This document shows, piece by piece, positions 1 to 6,899 of a stretch of DNA of 20,074 nt. The notes beneath the pieces were generated by a model. That model had not been told where the DNA came from. It made no database searches and saw nothing but the letters and a program-made list of their open reading frames with translations. The translations under genes and the position numbers were made by a program. Positions within the stretch are counted from its first letter, which is position 1. Each line of letters begins with the position of its first letter. This DNA comes from a virus. Lineage: Duplodnaviria > Heunggongvirae > Uroviricota > Caudoviricetes. Where the stretch lies: IMG/VR virus record IMGVR_UViG_3300013200_000006; one strand, written 5' to 3'.

Positions 1-212
1 CAACTGCAACAGTAATCGGATTCGATGACGACGAAGACGACGCTGCAGACTACCCCGACGATCCCGCCACCCGCGGCATGGTGGATGAGGATAGTCAGGA
101 ATGGTTGGAGTCGCAGATCGGAAAAATGGACGCTGCAACCCACACGCCAGGCAGCTCACACTTTACAATGATTGATCTAGACGCAGAAGAGGATACTGAT
201 GAGCAGAAATAA
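1..212 (+). CDS. 3' end of an acidic hypothetical protein (partial)
   Basis: Open frame from base 3 (TATVIGFDDDEDDAADYPDD...EEDTDEQK) to TAA at 210-212, overlapping the ATG of the next gene. Confidence 0.7.
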   Translation, partial: TATVIGFDDDEDDAADYPDDPATRGMVDEDSQEWLESQIGKMDAATHTPGSSHFTMIDLDAEEDTDEQK

Positions 213-1227
213 TAGCACCACACTAACCCAGGCGCGCCGGGCGAAGAAGGATGAGTTTTATACGTCTTTTGATGATATTGCGCGTGAGGTGGAGACGTAT
301 GTGGAGTGTGATCCGAAAGTGTTCTCGGGCCGCAGTGTATTGTGCCCGTGCGATGTGGCGTCAGAGAGTGCGTTTGTGGAGTTTTTTGCCCAGAATTTTG
401 ACCGTTTGGGACTAAAGAGTCTGGTGGCTACGTGTTTCCGTGAGGGCGGTCGCGGCGAGGTTTTCATTAAGGAGGCGGGCAAGGAGGACTATTCTGCTTT
501 GTTGCGTGGTGATGGTGATTTTCGGAGTGAGGAGGTGAGCGCTTTTCGTGAAGAAACAGATTTCATTATCACCAACCCGCCGTTTTCGTTGTTTCGTGAG
601 TTCGTGGCATGGGCTCGTGCGGGGCATGCGAAAGTATCCATCGTAGGGAATATGAACGCGTCGAGTTGTGCGGATATTTTCCCACTTATTCACCACGGCA
701 AGTTGTGGTACGGGTCGTCTATTACAGGAGGTGATAGGGAGTTTCGTGTACCGAATGATTATCCGTTAACAGCATCGGGGTCACGTATTGACGATAAGGG
801 AAATAAGTTTGTGCGTGTTAAGGGGGTACGGTGGTTTACTGATATTCAAAATGTGTATCGCCATAAGCCGTTAGAGTTGCGGACTATGGAGGAGAATCTG
901 CAGAATAATAAACAGATCAAGGCCCATGCTTTTGCGTATCAGGAATACGATAATTACCCGGCGATTGAGGTGCCGTATACGTCTGCTATTCCGTCAGATT
1001 ATGAGGGTGTGATGGGGGTTCCTATTTCGTTTTTAGATAAGCATTGCCCAGAGCAGTTTAGGATTGTGGGCATTACTGATTCCAGGAATAGTTCTGGTCT
1101 TAAAACTAAAACGTATACGAAACAGGATCATCCGACACCAGGAAGCCTCAACAGTCGCGCTACACTTGTCACCCCTGAAGGGGACTATAAGTCCACGTAT
1201 GTGCGCCTTCTTATCAAGAAAGTTTAA
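199..1227 (+). CDS. Adenine-specific DNA methyltransferase, EcoRI-methylase family (orphan)
   Basis: Motifs DEFYT, LCPCD, GDGDFRSEE, ITNPPFSLFREF, YDNYPAIEVP, IPSDYEGVMGVPISFLDK; no endonuclease gene downstream. Confidence 0.9.
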   Translation: MSRNNSTTLTQARRAKKDEFYTSFDDIAREVETYVECDPKVFSGRSVLCPCDVASESAFVEFFAQNFDRLGLKSLVATCFREGGRGEVFIKEAGKEDYSALLRGDGDFRSEEVSAFREETDFIITNPPFSLFREFVAWARAGHAKVSIVGNMNASSCADIFPLIHHGKLWYGSSITGGDREFRVPNDYPLTASGSRIDDKGNKFVRVKGVRWFTDIQNVYRHKPLELRTMEENLQNNKQIKAHAFAYQEYDNYPAIEVPYTSAIPSDYEGVMGVPISFLDKHCPEQFRIVGITDSRNSSGLKTKTYTKQDHPTPGSLNSRATLVTPEGDYKSTYVRLLIKKV

Positions 1228-1580
1228 CTAAACACGGCGTCGCGTCCTGCAATACCACCCACATTTTGTGCCTTCAAAGCCTTCGTGAGTCGGTTGAGCA
1301 GGGCGCGTTTAATAGTATTGGACACGACTTCCGGTTTCGCATGCGGCACTAAAGGGCTTACCTTTTGAGTCCACGTATCAAACTCAAAAAGACCGGAGTC
1401 TATCATCATCTTCGGCAAATCCCCGGCGCGGGTGCCTGGGGTTATTTGGGAAACGAAGTGGCACAAGGCTGTGTCTACTTCCATTGCGGATACCCTGTCT
1501 GGCAGCTGCATAGGGAAACGCGCAACGTCGTCATATACGCGGCGAATGAACCTATCGCGGTCGATGGTGCTAGGAGCCAT
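1224..1580 (-). CDS. hypothetical protein, 118 aa
   Basis: ATG-started ORF with protein-like composition; stop overlaps the MTase stop. Confidence 0.65.
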   Translation of the reverse strand: MAPSTIDRDRFIRRVYDDVARFPMQLPDRVSAMEVDTALCHFVSQITPGTRAGDLPKMMIDSGLFEFDTWTQKVSPLVPHAKPEVVSNTIKRALLNRLTKALKAQNVGGIAGRDAVFS

Positions 1581-1742
1581 AGTTTCAGGGTGGTCTTTCG
1601 TGGGAAGTGGTTAAAACAGAATCTGTGCTACTACTATACCAACAACATGGGCCGTATAAAGTAAAAACCTGGTTTTATGAGGAGCGGGCGCAAAAATATT
1701 ATAAGCTCAAGATATTAACCGTTACTCAACCACAAAGAGACA

Positions 1743-2120
1743 GTGACCATGCAGTATTCCGAGCGACCGCACCCTAGTTCTTACCTTAACAACCGCCACG
1801 TTTTTAGCAGGGATTGTGTTGATTATGCTCTTACCTTACCCTACGGTCTGGGTACTGCTTTTTGCGATGTGTGGTTTTACTCTCCTGTGCAACCAGATCG
1901 TTTAGCGCATGCTCAGCGTTTGATTGATCAGTGTATCGAGTCCGGCACTGTGGCAGGGTGTGAGGAGACCGCGGTGTTGTTGGAAGATGATCTTAAGGGT
2001 GAGGCTGTGTCGTGGGATCAGAAGGTGTTGGTGTTGTTGGCTCGTGGTGGGGTGGAGAACCTGTTTTGTGCGCAGGATATTCTTAGTGAGCAAGAAAAAG
2101 TCCCCTCCGCGGCAATGTAG
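1743..2120 (+). CDS. hypothetical protein, about 125 aa
   Basis: ORF preceded by AAAGAGA, divergent from the previous gene across an AT-rich spacer. Confidence 0.6.
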   Translation: MTMQYSERPHPSSYLNNRHVFSRDCVDYALTLPYGLGTAFCDVWFYSPVQPDRLAHAQRLIDQCIESGTVAGCEETAVLLEDDLKGEAVSWDQKVLVLLARGGVENLFCAQDILSEQEKVPSAAM

Positions 2121-2139
2121 TGCGAAGGGGGACAGGGGT

Positions 2140-2325
2140 CTAGTCGATGATGCCGTTGAAGATTTCGGCATCGTTGATCATGACGCTTAGTTTATCTCGC
2201 GTTGCGGGGGCTCCGTCAATTTGGACAACGACCCGGTCATTGTCAAAGGAGTAGAACAGTTGGACTTCCACCCCATCTAGGACGATAATGTGGTCGCCGC
2301 CTTGGCCGTTTGCTTCATGCTTCAT
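2140..2325 (-). CDS. hypothetical protein, 61 aa
   Basis: Starts 2 nt after the upstream stop, RBS GAGGGAG. Confidence 0.7.
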   Translation of the reverse strand: MKHEANGQGGDHIIVLDGVEVQLFYSFDNDRVVVQIDGAPATRDKLSVMINDAEIFNGIID

Positions 2326-2327
2326 AC

Positions 2328-2501
2328 TTATTCTCCCTCGTAGGTGCCGACCTTGTTGCCGTTGTAGTCCATGACGGAGCCGTTGAGGTTGCCGCTGCTT
2401 TCAATGTCGTCGGCGATTTCGCGGAGGATTCGGGCTACTTCGTAGTGGGTGCCGTTTTCTCCGAATGCGGCGTTGGCGGTGCGTAGTGAAAGGTTAAACA
2501 T
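2328..2501 (-). CDS. small phage-type hypothetical protein, 57 aa
   Basis: Start re-assigned to ATG 2501 (RBS AAAGGAG; -10 TATACT at 2545-2540). Pattern NAAF..EVARILR.IA...G...D.NGNKVG resembles a small protein family common in phages. Confidence 0.8.
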   Translation of the reverse strand: MFNLSLRTANAAFGENGTHYEVARILREIADDIESSGNLNGSVMDYNGNKVGTYEGE

Positions 2502-2609
2502 TCGTGTTGCTCCTTTGATTGAGGGTTCTTTCTTTGCCAAGTATACAGGACAGGTGTGGGGGCCGTATAGTTATTGTCGCGCCGGGGTGTTGTTGTGTTA
2601 CGGGTTTCG

Positions 2610-2618
2610 TGTTATGCT
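2610..2618 (+). promoter_or_regulatory. extended -10 promoter of tRNA-Leu
   Basis: TGtTATGCT ending 9 nt before the tRNA 5' end. Confidence 0.6.
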
Positions 2619-2627
2619 TGCCTATAT

Positions 2628-2704
2628 GCCCTTGTAGCCCAATTGGCAGAGGCAACGGATTCAAAACCCGTCCAGTGTGAGTTCGAGTCTCACCAGGGGC
2701 ACCA
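2628..2704 (+). tRNA. tRNA-Leu(CAA), short variable arm, CCA encoded
   Basis: Acceptor GCCCTTG/CAGGGGC plus ACCA, D-loop TTGGCA, anticodon loop TTCAAAA, T-arm GTGAG-TTCGAGT-CTCAC. Confidence 0.95.
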
Positions 2705-2734
2705 TTTTTGAGAGCGTCAAATTAAATTAGGTAT

Positions 2735-2819
2735 AAGAAAATCCTCGGCCTGGCGTACGGACAGACCGAGGACTGGATCTCTCATGCTGGAGAAAGGTAC
2801 TGCAAAACCTTCTCCGCAC
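2735..2819 (-). ncRNA. candidate small RNA, about 85 nt
   Basis: Minus-strand TGgTATGCT at 2833-2825, hairpin GGAGAAGGT/ACCTTTCTCC, then terminator TCCTCGGTCTG/CAGGCCGAGGA plus TTTTCTT; no plausible ORF. Confidence 0.55.
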
Positions 2820-2836
2820 AAAGAAGCATACCACAC

Positions 2837-3049
2837 TTACCGCGGACGCGCGTCAGTAATAGTCCACCCATCCTCAAAATAAGGAACCATGATCCGTTTT
2901 TCTGGCTGGCCGTCCTTTTCAAAGACTACCCCACTACGGTTACGGTCGACAATCTTCCAACCATAGTATTCATCTCCACGCTCATGGCGCAGGTCATAGA
3001 GCTTTCCGCCCTTGCCTAGATCTCGTAGCATGTCCTTCAAAATACCCAT
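2837..3049 (-). CDS. hypothetical protein, 70 aa
   Basis: ATG 2 nt after the upstream stop, RBS GGAGG. Confidence 0.75.
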   Translation of the reverse strand: MGILKDMLRDLGKGGKLYDLRHERGDEYYGWKIVDRNRSGVVFEKDGQPEKRIMVPYFEDGWTITDARPR

Positions 3050-3051
3050 AG

Positions 3052-3141
3052 CTACTCATCCTCCAGATCCTCAAAGCCTTCGGCTTCGTCCCAATGGCCG
3101 CTAAGTGCGTCAGCGATTTCCTCTTCTGGGGTTCGTATCAC
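3052..3141 (-). CDS. acidic microprotein, 29 aa (MIRTPEEEIADALSGHWDEAEGFEDLEDE)
   Basis: GTG start with RBS GAAAGGA; tightly packed in the operon. Confidence 0.6.
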   Translation of the reverse strand: MIRTPEEEIADALSGHWDEAEGFEDLEDE

Positions 3142-3170
3142 GATGATTTTTCCTTTCGTATGCGTGCTCG

Positions 3171-3341
3171 TTAGAACCAGAATACCGCGCGAGCAGCTCC
3201 GATGAAAAGGGCTACGGGGATTAATCCGTATATGGAGTATCTGAGTATGTCTGAATCGGTGTCCATCCAGTACATAACACAGTAGACCCAAGCTATGCAG
3301 GTGAGGTAGAAGGCAAATTCTAGTACGATGGGCAGGTCCAT
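3171..3341 (-). CDS. small membrane protein, 56 aa, two hydrophobic segments
   Basis: ATG 3341 lies 2 nt after the upstream stop; MDLPIVLEFAFYLTCIAWVYCVMYW...IYGLIPVALFIGAARAVFWF. Confidence 0.7.
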   Translation of the reverse strand: MDLPIVLEFAFYLTCIAWVYCVMYWMDTDSDILRYSIYGLIPVALFIGAARAVFWF

Positions 3342-3343
3342 GC

Positions 3344-3463
3344 CTATTCCGTTTCGATAGCGGCGAGTTGGTCGATGGTGGCAAGGGTGACAATGAATAG
3401 CCAGGCGAAGGCAAATGGTGTGGCGACAGCAAGGGCAGTGGCGATTAGTTTCTTTGTAGTCAT
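3344..3463 (-). CDS. leaderless single-TM microprotein, 39 aa (MTTKKLIATALAVATPFAFAWLFIVTLATIDQLAAIETE)
   Basis: Extended -10 TGtTACTAT (3478-3470) 6 nt before ATG; stop abuts the next start. Confidence 0.7.
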   Translation of the reverse strand: MTTKKLIATALAVATPFAFAWLFIVTLATIDQLAAIETE

Positions 3464-3591
3464 ACAAAAATAGTAACAGTTTTAGTGTTTTTTCGGTAGT
3501 TGGCGGATTTTGATTTGGTAGGATCTCTACACTATGGTAAGTTAACAACAAGTAAACAAGATTAAACGCGTGTAAACGAAAGGACAAGAAA

Positions 3592-3705
3592 ATGCACAAC
3601 CACAACAACACCACCCACACCCCACACAACCACGGCCACCTCTACGCCCTCGGCATCCACAACCCAGCACTCAACATCACCCCCGAAAAACCGCTCAACT
3701 ACTAG
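3592..3705 (+). CDS. His/Asn-rich microprotein, 37 aa (MHNHNNTTHTPHNHGHLYALGIHNPALNITPEKPLNY)
   Basis: RBS GAAAGGA; promoter TTGATT(3510)-N17-TATGGT(3533). Confidence 0.55.
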   Translation: MHNHNNTTHTPHNHGHLYALGIHNPALNITPEKPLNY

Positions 3706-3723
3706 CACCTGATACAATCAAAC

Positions 3724-3826
3724 ACCGCTGCTGTCAACCGCAGGACGATCCTAGCCAAAGAGCATGGCCCTGCAACCGACAAAGACAAATACCCGGCCAC
3801 GGACCAAACCGACCGGGTATTTTTTA
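3724..3826 (+). ncRNA. candidate small RNA, about 100 nt
   Basis: Extended -10 TGaTACAAT 3710-3718; nested stems TGTC/GACA, GCAGG/CCTGC, GCCA/TGGC; terminator AAATACCCGG/CCGGGTATTT plus T run. Confidence 0.55.
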
Positions 3827-3887
3827 TGCCCACACTCGCTCACGCACTATAATCGACACCAACACACCCCCAACAAAGGAACCCCAC

Positions 3888-4253
3888 ATGTCCCCCATCA
3901 CCCACGACCCCCAAGCCACAGAAAACACCCTCAACGACCTCACACAACTCAAAAAAGAAATAGAAAAACGACAAACCTACCTCAAAGAAAACTTCACCCC
4001 ACAACACCTCAAAACCGACCACCTCATCGACACCTGGTGGTGCGGCACCGCCTACCAAGCCAACGAAGACGCCCTCACCACCATCCACAAAAAAGCACAG
4101 CACCTCTACAAAGAACTCGACACCACCCGCAAAAAACTCAACCACATCATAAACACCCTCAAACAATTCGACGAAGAATTCAACAACAACGTCACCACCA
4201 CCATCGACCAACTAGAACAAGACAACGACCCCTGGTGGCAATTCTGGAAATAG
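3888..4253 (+). CDS. WXG100-like helical hairpin protein, 121 aa
   Basis: Two coiled-coil helices flanking a central WCGTA; -10 TATAAT at 3848 and RBS AAAGGA. Confidence 0.65.
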   Translation: MSPITHDPQATENTLNDLTQLKKEIEKRQTYLKENFTPQHLKTDHLIDTWWCGTAYQANEDALTTIHKKAQHLYKELDTTRKKLNHIINTLKQFDEEFNNNVTTTIDQLEQDNDPWWQFWK

Positions 4254-4291
4254 ACCCCACCCACCCCACCACAACCTAAGAAAAACACACC

Positions 4292-5383
4292 ATGGAAAAC
4301 ACACAACAAGACACACTCAACGCCTACGACACACACCTCACCAACTACATCAAACACACCGACCCACTACGATCCACCACCATCACCGCCATCCACGCCG
4401 AAATGGCAACCATAACCTCCCAACTCGATGTCATCACCGAAATGACCTCACGGCTAGAAAAAGCCTGCACCATAATCGAAAAAGGCAAACACTGGTACGA
4501 AAACCAACCAGACAACCTCCGAGACGGCGAAGAAATCGACGCAGTACGCCACTCCGCCACAAACCCACCCAACGAAAAAGAACAAGAAAAAATCATCGAC
4601 AAACTCGACATCAACCCCAAAGGACAAATCGAACAAGCCTTCACCCGCGACGGCAAAAGCCACTCCGCCTCCGAAGTATCCTCACACCCCTTCAGCCCAG
4701 AATCCGCCGCCTACTACCTCGACACCCACGACAAACTTTCCAAAGAATTCATCGACACCTACCTCACCCCCGCCGTCGATCTTGCACAGTCCGCAGGAGA
4801 CATCCAATCCTTTACCTCCGCTACAAAAACCTCTATCGCCCAACCCTTTATCAACCAACTTGGCGGCAAGAACGTCGACATTCCCAAAAACAAGTACACA
4901 GACGCTATTGCTGACAAGTCCACCAAATCAGAACACTTCATTGCCCAAGCACAAACACCCGACAACCTCGATGTTAAAAAACTCCTCAAAGAAGCAGACA
5001 GCATTGTAGGAAACGACACCCCCTATGCGTGGGGCGCAGGCGGTACAGACGGCCCGTCACAGGGAACAACGTATGGCAGCCAGGACGCGGCCACGTATGG
5101 TGACGACCATAAGACCGGGTTTGACTGCTCCGGCCTGACACAGTACTTAACGTATCAGGCCCGCGGTATTGATATTGGCAAGCACACGACTACACAGTTT
5201 ACTAATTCCGATGAGGTAGACCCCATTGATTTGCAGGTTGGTGATCTTGGGTTTAATAAGGACCAGACGCATGTGGTGATGTATATGGGCAACGATAGGG
5301 TAGTTGAGGCTCCGGATTCAGGGCAGCGAGTAACGTACTCTGCTGTGGATAAAGGTATGTCATGGCGTAGGCCCCGCGGCTAG
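4292..5383 (+). CDS. NlpC/P60 (C40) peptidoglycan endopeptidase with long helical N-terminus, no signal peptide
   Basis: TPYAWGAGG, GFDCSGLTQY (catalytic Cys), LQVGDL, HVVMYMG, VVEAP. Confidence 0.9.
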   Translation: MENTQQDTLNAYDTHLTNYIKHTDPLRSTTITAIHAEMATITSQLDVITEMTSRLEKACTIIEKGKHWYENQPDNLRDGEEIDAVRHSATNPPNEKEQEKIIDKLDINPKGQIEQAFTRDGKSHSASEVSSHPFSPESAAYYLDTHDKLSKEFIDTYLTPAVDLAQSAGDIQSFTSATKTSIAQPFINQLGGKNVDIPKNKYTDAIADKSTKSEHFIAQAQTPDNLDVKKLLKEADSIVGNDTPYAWGAGGTDGPSQGTTYGSQDAATYGDDHKTGFDCSGLTQYLTYQARGIDIGKHTTTQFTNSDEVDPIDLQVGDLGFNKDQTHVVMYMGNDRVVEAPDSGQRVTYSAVDKGMSWRRPRG

Positions 5384-5445
5384 TCGTGGTCCACTTGACC
5401 CGGTATACTAGAGCATGTTTGCACGTCTAAATTAAAGGAGAAAAA

Positions 5446-5751
5446 TTGTCTACACGTGTTAAAGAACATCTCGATTCCATGTACGACGCCCTAGTGGCAT
5501 GCGCACAACAAATCGTAGACGGAAACCCGAATCCTACACTGCCAGATGGCACACCGCTGGAAGACTACCATGAGTTCCTAGAAGCACAGTCCCGTGTTGT
5601 CGCCTTCACTGCTGAGAAGCCTGACGTGACTGCATACTTTGATGAGTCCGGTGCTTTGCTTGCCTCGGTTGACGGTGATGATGCGGCATCGAGGACGCTC
5701 GGTCTTGAACATTCCAAACCGTTGGAGCGGTTCTACTTCGACGAAAACTAA
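5446..5751 (+). CDS. acidic hypothetical protein, 101 aa (paralog A)
   Basis: TTG start, RBS AAAGGAG, -10 TATACT 5404-5409; aligns end to end with 5822..6121. Confidence 0.8.
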   Translation: MSTRVKEHLDSMYDALVACAQQIVDGNPNPTLPDGTPLEDYHEFLEAQSRVVAFTAEKPDVTAYFDESGALLASVDGDDAASRTLGLEHSKPLERFYFDEN

Positions 5752-5752
5752 G

Positions 5753-5782
5753 TTGAAACAACCGCACTGAACCCTCTATACT
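5753..5782 (+). promoter_or_regulatory. sigma-A type promoter
   Basis: TTGAAA-N18-TATACT. Confidence 0.65.
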
Positions 5783-5821
5783 CAAGCACGTACCAATCAC
5801 CACCTACAAAGGAGAAAAACC

Positions 5822-6121
5822 ATGACCCTTCAAGAACAACTCGATACCACCTACAACGATCTTGTTGAAGCTGCCCAGAAGCTCGCCAACGGTGAAACCA
5901 ACCCTGTGCTATCTGAAGAAACCACCCTTGAAAACTACGATGTGGAAGTCGATATTGACAGCCGAGAAGTCGTCTACACCTATGGTGGCCCTACCGTCTA
6001 TGCTGCATTTGACGAGGGCACGCGTGAAGGTACTCTCATTGCAGAACACGGTGAGGAGCACGTAGAAAAGGAACTTGATTCTGACGTGGCTGCTACACTT
6101 ATCGACTACTACTTCGACTAA
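5822..6121 (+). CDS. acidic hypothetical protein, 99 aa (paralog B)
   Basis: ATG, RBS AAAGGAG, own promoter; about 25 D/E versus 4 K/R. Confidence 0.85.
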   Translation: MTLQEQLDTTYNDLVEAAQKLANGETNPVLSEETTLENYDVEVDIDSREVVYTYGGPTVYAAFDEGTREGTLIAEHGEEHVEKELDSDVAATLIDYYFD

Positions 6122-6133
6122 AGGGAGCCTGGT

Positions 6134-6454
6134 GTGCCGTTTTGTAAAGGTAGCGACGATGACCGCGTTATCTGGGATGTGACGCCGGAGTATCAATCTG
6201 AGGTGTACCAGAAAGCCTTGGAGTACGGTGAGCCCACTCTTCTCATTGAAGGTGTCCTCAATGACACTACTGTGTTTGATTTGTCAGGATTTTGCGATGA
6301 CGAGGGCACTCATTACCAATATGTGATTTTAGGCTATGAGTTTTTGAACTCTGGTGATGATTCGTTATATGTACAGTATACGAATGATGATAACGTGTTT
6401 GAGCAGTGGGTTAAGGAGTATGATCAGCAGGTTAAAGAGTACGAGGATTCTTAG
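6134..6454 (+). CDS. acidic hypothetical protein, 106 aa
   Basis: GTG start with RBS AAGGGAG, followed by a terminator. Confidence 0.75.
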   Translation: MPFCKGSDDDRVIWDVTPEYQSEVYQKALEYGEPTLLIEGVLNDTTVFDLSGFCDDEGTHYQYVILGYEFLNSGDDSLYVQYTNDDNVFEQWVKEYDQQVKEYEDS

Positions 6455-6476
6455 ACCCTGATCTGTTTTTGCCCGT

Positions 6477-6507
6477 GGGCCCTGGTGTTTTGTTACGCCG
6501 GGGCTTT
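6477..6507 (+). terminator. intrinsic terminator
   Basis: GCCCTGGTGT/ACGCCGGGGC stem plus TTT. Confidence 0.6.
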
Positions 6508-6570
6508 ACTCATTTTCCAAATAGTGTTTCAAAAAACAAAGTGCTATACTAAATTAAACCCACCAAACAT

Positions 6571-6611
6571 GCCAAGGGTGCCTCCGCCTTTAGGCGTGGG
6601 GAGGACTTCAA
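6571..6611 (+). mobile_element. solo IS200/IS605-family end hairpin (scar or miniature element)
   Basis: GCCAAGGGTGCCTCCGCCTTTAGGCGTGGGGAGGACTTCAA: CGCC-TTTA-GGCG hairpin ending in TCAA, typical of IS200/605 ends. Confidence 0.65.
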
Positions 6612-6761
6612 CACCAAAACCGAATCCCCGGCGCGACAGTCTACCTTTCAGAAGTGCCAGATCTTAACAACCCAACCATGTGGGAACTCGACAAATACGC
6701 CGCGGAACTCGCCCCACAGGTGCCCCATACTGGCACCACATTGCTGGTGGACAAACGGTAG

Positions 6762-6834
6762 TATCCCCAACGGGATTCGAACCCGTGCCGCTGCCGTGAA
6801 AGGGCAGTGTCCTAGGCCGCTAGACGATGGGGAC
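6762..6834 (-). tRNA. tRNA-Glu(TTC), CCA not encoded
   Basis: Acceptor GTCCCCA/TGGGGAT, anticodon arm CTGCC-CTTTCAC-GGCAG, T-arm ACGGG-TTCGAAT-CCCGT; -10 TATACT at 6853-6848. Confidence 0.95.
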
Positions 6835-6899
6835 CTTGGCACCATGTAGTATACTTCCAACAAGCAATATTCGACGAACACACAGTACAAAGGGCAAAA

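Noticed and set aside
27..35. 9-nt matches (GACGACGAA) to the TnpB guide seed here and on the minus strand near 8985-8993
   Set aside because: Low-complexity Asp-Asp-Glu codons, and the TAM is unknown; expected by chance
2628..2704. tRNA-Leu lacking a long variable arm and with an A-C mismatch in the anticodon stem
   Set aside because: Matches my recollection of the normal short actinobacterial tRNA-Leu(CAA); not treated as novel or as a pseudogene
3527..3538. CTACACTATGGT shared with the tnpA/tnpB spacer (19673-19684)
   Set aside because: Several 12-mer matches are expected by chance in 20 kb, and part of it is the -10 box
3764..4279. Long overlapping ORFs 3764..4279(+), 3840..4211(-), 16496..16933(-), 16528..16869(+)
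   Set aside because: Shadow frames: A+C-only strands rarely form stops, and the products are P/H/T/Q- or V/G/F-biased artefacts of the skew
6561..6618. CACCAAA on both sides of the IS scar as a target-site duplication
   Set aside because: IS200/605 elements make no TSD, the copies are not flush with the ends, and the context is A+C low complexity
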